In this document: in pieces, positions 38,481 to 49,886 of the stretch
How the letters are laid out: each line of letters opens with the position of its first letter
Position numbering within the stretch: the first letter of the stretch is position 1
Origin: Geosiphon pyriformis uo1
Taxonomy: Eukaryota; Fungi; Glomeromycota
Length of the DNA: 64,000 nucleotides
Direction of reading: 5' to 3'
Assembly (NCBI GenBank): GCA_016748015.1
Contig: JAAOMT010000627.1
Coordinates: 186,001-250,000, forward strand
The notes under the pieces: model-generated
Databases searched by the model: none
The model's input: the letters and a program-made list of their open reading frames with translations, nothing else
Told to the model about the DNA's origin: nothing
Made by a program: the position numbers and the translations under genes

Positions 38481-41400
38481 CTTCTTTCTCTCCTTCATCC
38501 CAAAAATCCTAAAAAAAGAGTCAAGTGTTTTCTGAAAGAAGTTTTTACAATTGAGTATGATAAATCTAAACTCTTTATTCTTGATTATAAGGCCACCATT
38601 GGCTGTAGTATTGCTGTTATAAAGAAGGCTGCTAAAGTTTCTGGTTCTAGTGATGGTTTCAGACTTGTTCTTCTAAGAAAGAAAAGGAGAGGTGCCATTT
38701 TAGAAGATGATTCTGGTAGTGAAAATGTTGGTCTTAAAGTCCAAAGTAATTGCTCATGGGGTTCAGAAACTGGTAACATCACTGAGTCTGAGAGTATTGA
38801 TATGGAAGAAAAATGTTTGGTTGAGAAAATCAGTTTCAATTATGGTAAAAGTGGTGCTCTTGCTGGGGGAGATCATGATCAAACACCTACAGGCTCAAAA
38901 GTTAAAACCAAAAAGGCATTGGGCAAACCATTGGGAAAAATTGACTTCTCTTCAAGCAGTAATGATGATAATGTTCTTTTGGATGCCCCTCTGGTGCTTC
39001 CACTACCTATGAAGAATTTGGTCAACGTTTTTGTTCGGAAATTTTTTGTTTTAGATATTGAGTTGGACAAAGTGGTTGGAAAATCCTCTCATAAAAAGCT
39101 TCAGGTGGTCAGAAAATTGTTTTCAAGAATCATTGGTTTTGGAGAAGCCTCTATTCCCTTAAAATATGCTGGGATTGTTAGGGCAACATTCACTTCTGAA
39201 TTAAGTTTAATAAAGACTACTGAGTTGGCTACTGATGTGAAGATCCTGGTGAACACCAATCTCAAGAAATCATTTGGATGTTCAAATCAGGCTGTGGTGG
39301 TAAAAAAAATTCTTATTGGAACATCAGTTGAGGCTGTGTGCACTGCGCTTTCCAAATTCAGGATAATTAAATCAGCCAAGATGCAGCTAATGAGCCTATA
39401 GCAGAAAGCAATTGTTGAGTTTGAAGATCAAAATCAGGCTGATCTTTTAGCTTCCAGATGGTCCATCCTCATTGAAAAAGATGCTGTTCGTGTGGCCAGG
39501 GCCAATCTTAATAAACAAATGTGAGACTCTAGAAATCTACATAAGACACTGCTTTATACTCTTCCTGTGAGAACCAATGCTCATAATATCTGAGATTATA
39601 TTGGCTCTGTGAATGGGAAAACTTGTGTGATTAATCACTATTCAGTCACATATGCTCGAGCTTGTTTGTTTTGGGTCAGCTAAATCATTAGATGCCGTCA
39701 TGGGTACTGCTCTTGTGTTAAGAGGTGCTCATCTTTGTTGGTCTCATTTTGGCTCAGCTGTGTGCGCAAAGTGTGGGAAGTTGGGTCATACTTCTTTGGT
39801 CTGTGTTTCTAGTGGGAATCTTTTTTCTGGCAGATTGCCATGTCAGGCAATTTTGGATACAGATAAAAGTAGACTGACAGCCATTTATGCCAAACATTCA
39901 GCTCTAGTTGCTTAGTCTGTTACTTTTGGTGGTGCTTCATGAGCAAGTATTGTGAGTGGGTTCTCTTCTTCTCCCTCTTTTGGCCATAATAGTTCAGTCA
40001 ATTCTGGTTCCTCTTCAAAGATAAAACCTACCCTGATGGTGTCTAAGGAATTGAATGATAGGTTTGCCACTCTTGAGCATAGTCTTGCCAGCCTTGCGGA
40101 ACATGTTGACAAGTTGGCTAAGAGATTGGACTCACCTGGACCAATGGTTTCTCAGCTTAGCTCTGGATGTCAGCCATTGGTGACCCCTTCATCACAAAAT
40201 CAAGGGGCAGATATAATAATGAGTGAGAGTTTAGGCATAGCCACTAGTGATAAGATTATTGTGGAAGTGGCAGTTTTTGATGCTTCAGTTGTCTCTAAGA
40301 TAGAAGATACTCTGAAAAATTTTTCAATTACAGTTATGGACCTCTTGGCCAAAATCGACAATGCTAATTTAGTTCTTCTTGCTCTCTCTTCTCAATGATG
40401 AAGTTGGTATAGAAGTTTGCTATGTGTAATATTCAGGGTCTTAATGTCCCTGTTAAGCAAAACAACGTTATTCATTGGCATAAAGAGTCTGGTAATATGG
40501 TGTTTATAGTTACAGAAACAAAATTGAGGTCTAATGTTAGACCATGGATTATGAACAAATTTGATGATGTGCACATTTTCACATCTGGTCTGAATAATGG
40601 GTATCTTGGGGCTGGGATTGCAATATTTATGAACAGTTCTCTGGCTCAACATGTTTTCAAGATAAAGAAGGTTCCTGGTCACATTATTTTGTTGTGTCTC
40701 TTTTTCAAAGGCAAAGTATCAGTCTTAATCATTGGTTTGTATGCTTGTGCCTTTCCTGGTAACCAGTTTGGACAGGCATCCGGTATTAATTTTTTCATTG
40801 CTTGGGTGGTCAATTTTAGTAATTTTGTTGTTTTGGGAGGTGATTTCAACAAGAGCAAATCAATAAGAAGTGCAAGTTTTGGGTTCTGTTCAAGTCTAGG
40901 TTTGGTCAATTCTTTTGGTGGGCATCCTTTGGCTGGAGCTTCTACATGGAGCAATTCAAGAGGTATTAAGAAGATCATTGACCATGTTTTTGTTAGTGGG
41001 AGCCTGATTTCGGCTGTGGTCAGCCACAAAGTGGAATCTGTGACTGAGTTTTTTGACACTGATCATAGAACTGTTTCAGTCTCAGTGGACTTGGGTGGTC
41101 TTTTGGATGTGCATTTGGCCAGCATATGTAGGCATGCTAATATAGATTGCTGGAAATTCAAGCTGAAAAACATGGATGCCAATGGCTGAAGACATTTTAT
41201 GGAATGCTCTTCAGTCAAGTTTTTGGAGAAGTTAGTTGTATTTCATGATGTGGAAAGTTGTGATGATTTGGATGGCATGTGGGATGTTCTCAAGGGAATA
41301 ACAATTAGTTCTGCTAATGCAATTTTTTCTAGACTCTGATATAGTAAATTCGATTGTGCAAGGAACAAGACCTCTTCAAAATTTCATGGGTTAGAGCTGC

Positions 41401-44400
41401 TGATGTCCAAGATTGTCAATAATATGAAAACTGGCCTAAGTTTGGAGACTGACCATTTAGTTAATACTTGGGCAGGCTTAGACAATGTTGAAGCATTCAA
41501 GGTTCAAAATATGATTAATGAAGACACTAGGATTAAGGACATTGTACATCACATTTCAGTTGTCAAAAAAGAATACCACAAATCCAAATATCATGAATTC
41601 AGGGTTGTCAGAGATAAGTCCATCAGAGTGGCTGTGGCAAAGCATATGGAAAATTTTTGCTCAGATAAGGGGAAAATGATAAAAAACATTCTAGATTGGC
41701 CCTTCAGGAAAGTTGTTCTTGATTATTTGATTGTTGATGATAAGCTTATTTTGGAGCCTCAGGCTGTCAAGTCTTTAGTTGATACTATAATAGAAGATTG
41801 GACAAGAAAGCACTTGGTCTCTGGTGTTCTCCCAGCTTGGTGGCTTGACCAATATGCTCCTTTGAATTACATTGCCAATGATGCATTCTCAGGAGTCATG
41901 AGTGATATTAGTCTGGACAAACTTTTGGTGGTTGTCAAGGAATTGCCTGATGGCAAGGCTGTTGGGCTTTCTGGAATTTCCAATAAACTATGGAAACACA
42001 GTGGTTCTCTGGTTTTCAATAGTTTTCTGAATTTACTTAATAGGTGTTTGAAATTTGGTAGTGTTTTCACACAGTGAAGGAAATCTTGGGTCTTTATGAT
42101 TCCTAAACTGTATAATTGGAAAGGCACTTTTACCAACACTAGACTGATAGCACTAGTTGAGACCACTTGGAAAATTTTGTCTAAAATTCTTTCAGACAGA
42201 ATTTTTTTGGCTTGCAATAAGTTTGACATTTTGCGGGATGACAACTTCTCAGTATTAAAGGGCACTTCCACACAATCTCCAATTTTTGCTGTTGGCTCAA
42301 TTGTTGAGGATGCTTTGGAGAAAGATAGAGAGTTGTGATTGGTTCTTTAAGATATGCGTAAAGCTTATGACTCTGTTGGTTCGACCCATTTGCAAAACAG
42401 TCTAATCAGGATCAAAATGTGCCTCCACTTCATAAACTTTTTTGGTGGTATACACAATGGAAGATGCAATCAAGTTATGATGGATTTTGGTCTGTCTAAT
42501 AGTTATATTGTGTATGATAGTCTAGATCAAAGGGAGGTGTTTTTACCACTACTGTGATAGATCTTTTACAACCTGTTGCTTTGTGAAGTCAAAAAGCATG
42601 AACAGTTGTATGATTATAGGATGTGCTCGAATTTCCACACTAGGTCTGATAGGCCAGATCTGAATAATAGCAAAACTTCTTTCTTTGCAGCGGGTGCATT
42701 TGTTGATGACACAATTTAGATTGGGAACTGTTTAGCAGCAATGCAAACCATTTTAAACATAGCTAGTAAGTTTTTTTCTATTAATGACATTTCAATAAAT
42801 ACTGATAAGACTGTTGCTATTCTTATCAACCAAGGTGTCCAGAAGGCTGTATTATCCATTAGTGAGTCAAGAATTTTAGTGGCTAAGAGGAGTGAATCTT
42901 ATTATTATTTGGGAATTTTTCTGTTTACTGAGAGCTTGTCCAAGCTAAGTCTAGCCAAAGTCCATGCTAATGTCAGATTTTTTTCAAATGTGGTTCTGAG
43001 GAAAGCAATTACTGAAAAACAATTTTTGTATTTAGTCTCTGCTGTTTTACAACCTATTGTTTGTTACAGATTTCAGTTTAGTTTTGCTTCTAAAAGTGTT
43101 TGTGAAAAATGAGACAAGTTGTTGAAAAGGGGTCTTAAACTCAAAGCAAATTTGTCTAAGGACTTTCCTAGCATGGCACTGCATTATCCCAAGTTGTATG
43201 GTCTGAAGCCTTTTGAACAGGTGCTTACTGAAAATTTGATGGCCAATTTGGTTAACTTTAGCAATATGAGTGGAACTTTTGGCAGATTTTTTGACCACAG
43301 AGCAATGAACTTATAGGCAGCCAGCTGGATGTTCCGGCACCCTCTATGTTTTCCAATCACACTACCAATTAATTCTTTGAATTGTTTTTTGGCTGGTGCT
43401 ATGCATGCTCTCACTTTGTGCAACACTTCCTTGTGTGGTATTCTCTCTAATGTTTTTAAAACTGGGTTTGGTGTGCCAATTCTGGACATTTTGGGTGTAA
43501 GTGGTTATCTGAGTGTGAGGAAATCTTTTAGGAAATATGGCCTCATTTTTGCCAACCAACTGTTGGATTGTCATGGTGAGTGTTTCACTTAGAACACTTT
43601 TCACAGATGGAAAAGGCTTGATTCTAGGGGTCTTATTCCTACCTGGTTTGTTTCTGTCTCTAATTTTATTAAGTATAGCAGTTTGAGCAATAATGTGGTT
43701 ATAACATCTCGTTCTGCTTCTGGCAATGTTGTTGTTTGCCTCTGAGCATAGATCCATTGATATGTACATGGATGGTTTAGTCAAAGGTTTGGGTCTATAG
43801 ATGCCTGTGGTGGTGCAGCAGCTTATTTTTCAAAAGCCGATGTGAGCATTGGTGTGAGAGTTTTTGGTTTACTGTCCTCTATACTGGTGGAGCTACAGGC
43901 CATTACTTTAGCATTGGAGTGTGTTCCTGACTCTAACACAGTCACCTTGTTTATGAACAGTCAGGCTTCACTGGATATATGCAAGTTCAAAGTGGGTGGT
44001 TTTGGTTCTGATTTTCAAAGCAAATACTGGATTGAAAAAGAGTGTATTTGTTAAGCTATTTCAGATAAGAATTTGTTGGTCATGTGGAGGAAAGTCAAAG
44101 GACATTCAAGCATTATCAAAAACGAGTGTGCGGATTTTTTTGCAAACGCAACAATCTTGTCTAAGTCTGTGTTGTCTTTAAGCATGCCATGTCACTTCTT
44201 TAGTGTTGAGAATAGACTTGTTTTTGGAAACGTGTGTCATTTTATTAGAAATTTGTTCGATGCTGTCAATTTTGTTAATTGAGAATCCAAATTTGGCACT
44301 GATATTGTTGGTGCTAATTTTGCTGGTGACGTTGACTCCTCTAAGTTCTTTAGTGTCTGGCATCTAGATGATGGGATTTACTCTGGTTATACTGGCTCAT

Positions 44401-45184
44401 CTTTTGCTTCTCTAAGATTCTACCTTATGAAGTCTCTGCATTATCACCTGTCAATTACCGTGAGGAAAAGATTGTATGATCACAAATATTCTAGTGTGGT
44501 GTGCATTAGGTGTGACGTGGTTAAAAATTCTGATCACTTGTTTTTGTGTAAACATGACAATACTGCCAGGCTAAATATACTGTCAAATATTGGTGTGGAA
44601 TAATATAAGATGGCTGGAGTGTCTGCTGTGGGTGGTAAGATAATACAATCTTTGTGTAAGGTTGGGTCTTCTGATGACTTTTACATGTTGTTGGCCAAGG
44701 GGTTTGTACTAAAAAGTTGGGTGTCAGATGCTGCCTTGTGTCTTGGTTTGGCTTCTGGTGGCAGCTTAATAGTCAAGCTGGTCTGTAATCTCACTGAGAG
44801 TCACAGATCTGATATCTGGATGCCTGCTGCTAAATTAAGAGCCTTCTATGAAAAGCACAATCTTTTGTTATGTAATGGATTGACCATGCCATCAATTGTT
44901 GATTTGCCAGGATTGTGGAATGCTGGTGTCATCCGCGACTTTGGTTTCAGGCTAAGTATTCATATGTGTTTCAGTTTGTGTCCTTGCCTTGCTAGACTGG
45001 ACTTTGGTTTTTTGAATAGTATACTTTTAATGGTTCCTGCATGTGTGTAGTGCTGCCTTGATTGGGCTGAGTGTCCAGTCATGTGTAGAAAAAGCATGAG
45101 CCACATTTAATTTGAAATCTCTTTTGATTTTATGTACTTAGATAGTGGTTGGACTGTACTCATTAAACTTGCAAAAAAAAAAAA
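38481..45184 (+). mobile_element. Full-length LINE L2 (same subfamily as L1), decayed
   Basis: ORF1 with CCHC knuckle CAKCGKLGHTSLVC ending at 40398. ORF2 40395-45050: CNIQGLN, TETKL, GGDFN, IDHVF, TDH, AFVDD, RNase H KVKGHS. Poly(A) 45173-45184. Confidence 0.94.
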
Positions 45185-45369
45185 TTACATAATAAATTAT
45201 TGTATTTTTAAATAGTAATTAGCTTATTTTTGTGATTTTTTAAATAAAAACATAATTAAAAAATACAATAATATAAAATAATAATATTGTTATTATTTTG
45301 TTAACAATTATTTTTTTTTAAAAAAAATTATGACTGTAATTTTTATAAAACTAATTATGCATATTAAAT

Positions 45370-46080
45370 AGAAGTGTTTCTATAGTAAGCATTATCCCAG
45401 TGTGCTGTGTCTATATTGTGGTGACGTGGAGGTATTGGATCATGTTTTTTCTTGTAGGGTTGACAAGTCTACTTGCCATCAGTTGTTAAACTCCCATGTA
45501 AATACTTGGAAGGCACTCTCTGGCCTAGTTCACTCTTTTTCGAGTGTGTTGCAGCTGTTGTCATCCTGTATCTCTGGTTCTTCTGTGTCTGTGGCTCTCT
45601 TCAAGGGTTTTGTTTTTGATAGTTGGTTCCGCGAAGCTGTTTCTGTCTTCCATGATCCCAAAGTTGCTAATATGGAGATTGTTAAGTTTATGCACTCTTT
45701 CGGTATGACTTTTAGAGATGATATCTGATTGGTCTGTGCTAAATACCATGCTTATATAAAGAAAAATAGTTTGATTCCCCTTGATGGTTTAGTACTTATT
45801 ATGGTTTTTGGTCTGGCTTTGGGGTTTTCTGTTGATGTTTTGAAACTGCTTGACATCACTAATGTCTTTGGTGTGCATTTTGGTTTTCGAAAATCTTGTT
45901 TGTTTTTTTTGGGTGTTGGTAACTCAGTATTAGTTTATATAGCTGCATAGTATTGTCCTGATTGGCCCAAATGGCTGGTCACGTGTAAAAAATACATGAT
46001 TCACATCTAGTTTAAATCATTTCTTTGATGTATAGCACTAGGCCATGTTTAGACCTCACTCATTAAATAAAGAAAAAAAA
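45370..46080 (+). mobile_element. 5'-truncated LINE fragment L4 (C-terminal Zn finger, 3' UTR, poly(A)); L3-like subfamily
   Basis: CLYCGDVEVLDHVFSC; stop at 45950; 3' UTR stem-loop; A-tail to 46080. Confidence 0.85.
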
Positions 46081-46540
46081 TATTAAATTTTTATATATTC
46101 AATTTGTTTTTTTGTTATATTTTTTTTGATTATTATTATTTAAATTAGAAAAAACATTATAGTTTATAATTAGATAATTTATGTGTATATATTTTTTAAA
46201 TAATGTGTTTTATAATACGAAAATTAACTAATTATAATAATTTACAAATTATTTTTTAATTCTATTGTAATATATTATAATTAAATAAATTTTCAATTTT
46301 GTTCTGAATTAATAAAATAAATTCATTAATTAAAATTATTAATTTCCAAATTATAATTAATTAAACAATTACTTTTAAAAATTATTAATCACACCATTTT
46401 AATCATTTACAAAATTTTCAATAATAATAATAATACAGAAAATAACTTAAACTGTGAAAATTTCCGAAATAAGCTTGATGGTAATAAACCAAAAATGGTC
46501 GAAATTAAGTAATTAACATTCTATTACTTTTATTTCTAAA

Positions 46541-47768
46541 TTACTCAACTTTTCCTAAACCAGGTTGTAATTCAGTACCAAAAATATGATCCCAAAACTT
46601 GCTAGTAATTCCGTAACCGGCTTCAGAATTTTTGTAATGATGAGCCAAATGGTAAGTCTTCATTTCTCGCAAATGTTCACCAAAAGGGCGAGCATGATGC
46701 AAATAGTAATGTGTCATATCATAGCAAATATAACCAAACATGGCCCCAGCAATGATTCCTTGTGCAACATAAGCAGGAAAAATTATATAACCCAATCTTA
46801 TAATCGGTATAGCGATACAAACACCTAAAACTGGTGGCATCACTAAACGAAGTCTAAAAAAAAAGGAAACGAGTTGAGTTTGAAAAAATTAAAAATGAAC
46901 TGCATATTTACGCTCAGGTTTTTTACCTATCCATTGGTAAATAATGATGAATACCATGCAATCCAAAATGCAACGATAGAGCATAAGGATGATCAGGTAA
47001 TAGTTGATCAACATGAAACAAGAATCGATGCAAAGAATACTCCAGCAATGTCCAAAAACCAATGCCAATGAAAAATAATAAAGCAATAGTCATTTTTCCC
47101 AAAGTGCCTGAAGCCAAATAGATATGATAGCAGACTCCAGGCAGCCAAATCGTCGGAATAACATACCAAGGTGTTTTTGTAAGCATTTCCAAATAGGGAT
47201 TTTCAAAAAGCCTTGCCGAGTTGGGCAGATGCCGAGGTTGATGAACTTGGTTAAGATAAAATTCTTTGTCAAATTTGCAATTGAACATTTGATAGAATAG
47301 CGGTCGATTGAGGTCAAGAAATTTCTCTTTTTTTAAATCTGATTTAATATCAGTATTCAAAGGATGAAAAGTCTCAACTGATCTTGAATTAAGAAAAAAG
47401 TCGTTGCTTTCTGCAGAAATACTGGGATCTTCTGGATTTGTATAGTGTTTCAAAGGGTGTTGAAGATGGGAGGTAGCGGTCGAATCATCAAAATTAATAT
47501 TGGTTGTAGATTCCACTAATTTACCAATGCATAACTCTGCCAATACATCATAGGCAACTTGGGAATGTTCGTGTTGGTCAGCGTCTAACATCACACTGGT
47601 AACATCTTTGCCTGCCCATTTTTCGATCAAGTCAGCACCGCCAGGATGATCCAGTACAAACTCTGTCATATCATAGACCTTATTCTGATTGATTACCCAT
47701 AGGTCTGTTGGTGTATTGTGCTTTGCCACCTCCTCGCGGGTATATATAAACAGCATACGTCCAGGCAT
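46541..47768 (-). CDS. SCS7: Sphingolipid fatty acid 2-hydroxylase with fused cytochrome b5 (384 aa; exons 47768-46927 and 46853-46541)
   Basis: b5 HPGG motif; His boxes HRFLFH, HGIHH, HYYLHH, HLAHH. The 73-bp GT-AG intron restores the canonical [11 protein letters not shown]. Confidence 0.95.
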
Positions 47769-47996
47769 TTAAGTACTATTTGGTTTAGTCGAATTTCAAA
47801 GTGTTTTGCCTAAAATTTATTTTTAGGCTGAAAAACTTTGTCAAAAGATCATCATATGAAATTAAATATCTGATATCTGATATTAAATTATGGGAGCATG
47901 GCAGCATTGATTTTGTTAGCATTACTAGCCAATAACAAAACGAACTAGAATTTTAAAAACTTATAGTCCTTCCTTGTCTTGCGGAAGATTTCAAAA
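47769..47996. promoter_or_regulatory. Compact (228 bp) probable bidirectional promoter between SCS7 and the EAF gene
   Basis: Head-to-head ATGs at 47768 (-) and 47997 (+). Confidence 0.55.
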
Positions 47997-49585
47997 ATGT
48001 CTGAAGGTGATAATAGCAATGAATCCACGACAGAAGAACCTCTCAAGTTAGGAAGTACGATAAAATTAGAAAACAAATCTTCCGCAGCGTATTACTCTTT
48101 AAAAAGTGATTATTTAGCATGGCTTTTATTTCTTGGTGACAAATTCATTGTTAAACTTATTCTGAACTATAACAAATAGTCGGATCAATCTCGGAACATA
48201 TTGATTTTGAACACGGTGGACAACTTGAAATCGAGAAACAGGATGAGATTCGTGCAAATTTTCATGGTCACTCAGTTAATGCTTATCTAATGAGCGAATT
48301 GCGTAATGATGTGATCTTAGATGAAAAGAATATATTGATCTCAAACGTTTTATATAGAATGGGGAGACCTATTTTTTCAAGGGGGAGAAACCATCGAACC
48401 CATACAGTTCCTCAAAATCTACTACCAAACAGTGCTTACTAATTTTTGATGAAGAAACTCAGGTATTCTACTGTTTATTTCATTTCTTTCCTTTTTATAT
48501 CCCTAGAATTGTTCCTATTGGAAGGAGGCCATTAAAATAGCCTTTTTTTTTTTTTTACAACTGTCAAACTAAATGCTTTAATTTAGACCTGGAGGTTAGA
48601 AATCCTTGATGGGTTTTTCAATCTCGAACATGTTAATAATGGGGACCCTATTGCATCATCCAGCCCTACAACACCAACCATCTTGACCCCTAACCGTGAG
48701 CTCAATTCAACTAACATCTCATCACCAGGTTCAAACTTAGCCGTACATTCAACGAGACGTAATAAACCTAATTCTTCAAGATTTAGTGATCAAATAGCCT
48801 CAAGCAAGGGTCATTCTAATTCTATAGTATTGCCATCTTTGGGTGAAATCCAATCCTCTCATGACCTTAGTCAGGATAATATTAATATAAATGACGACTC
48901 AAAAACCCCTAGGCATGAAATTGACCCTGATATCGAAGGATTAGAGGAAACGCTTGTAAGTATGATGACAGGTGAAAACGACGAGGGTGCAGAAGACGAC
49001 CTATTGATCGAAGACGGAATATTTGTTGATGATCATTCCAATTCACCATCCAAGGAATCACCTGTTAATAATGATGGAAGTAATTTTCCCGATTTCGAAT
49101 CTGCTGGAAGTTTTTCGTTAGCAAGCAGTTCAACTTCGCCTGGATCTCGAACCGAAGACGAGAACGAAATTGAGGCTTCACAATCAGAAAATTCTGAGGA
49201 GTTTAACTCAGAGTTGGAAAATTTAAATGCTGTATTAAATACCACAGTTGAAAGGTCCACACTTCCTAGAAGTAGAGCTGATAATATAACAATGGTCAGT
49301 GGTTCAGCTGAACTTTTTGAGTACGAAATTTTCTCGAATTTTGCTCATTTTAAAACTAATTGGAATACAGAATGTAAATGCGACTGTAAGAAAAAACCTA
49401 GATGGACCAATTTCCCTAGGAAAATTGTTAGGAGGTATTTCAATAAAGTTATTCGGTTATTTCTGTAACACTGCATATGCATAACAAATAAATATCTAAG
49501 AGATCTGTTTCCCATAGATGGACACTCTGATGAGGAACAAAATGATCAAGAGGATAGTGGATCCTCTTCAGATAGTCAAGAGTAA
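47997..49585 (+). CDS. ELL-associated factor (EAF domain) transcription elongation protein, ~6 exons, acidic/Ser-rich C-terminus
   Basis: Spliced translation PLKLG...YYSLK...GQLEIE...TYFFKGEK...KQCLLIFDEETQ|TWRLEIL matches the EAF pattern (VFKG...KECVLI.D..TGEFRLEKL). GT-AG introns; last exon ends TAA 49583-49585. One apparent +1 frameshift near 48216. Confidence 0.75.
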
Positions 49586-49886
49586 AGAAACCTAATGTTA
49601 AATAAGGCCAAATTAAAACCTGAAAGTGGGGTTTTCTCAAGATTCCATCAAGATGGGTAAATACCAACTCCAAGTATTGTGAAGAAGTGGTATCTCAAGT
49701 GGGTTCATCTGGGATCAAATTTTTTGTGGAGACGAGTTTTTCTGCAAATTATCAACATATCCGACAATAGTACTCTAGATACATGACAATAGAGGCAATC
49801 ACTGTCTTTTACATTTAAAAAAGCGAGTTAAAATGGATCAATATTGGAAGTTGGGCACTTCATAATTTGAATTATTGAAATTATTT

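Noticed and set aside
38481-38620. HDV-like or hammerhead ribozyme at LINE ends
   Set aside because: I could not find the nested double pseudoknot or the CUGAUGA/GAAA core by eye; a covariance search would be needed.
31662-45184. Alternative genetic code (TGA/TAG at Trp positions)
   Set aside because: Stops fall at different Trp/Gln codons in different copies, and the host genes use TGG and standard stops. This is mutational decay.
49295-49468. C-terminus of the 261-aa ORF (48683-49468) as real protein sequence
   Set aside because: Probably intron read-through; GT-AG sites give NVNATVRKNLDGPISLGKLLG and an acidic last exon ending at 49585.
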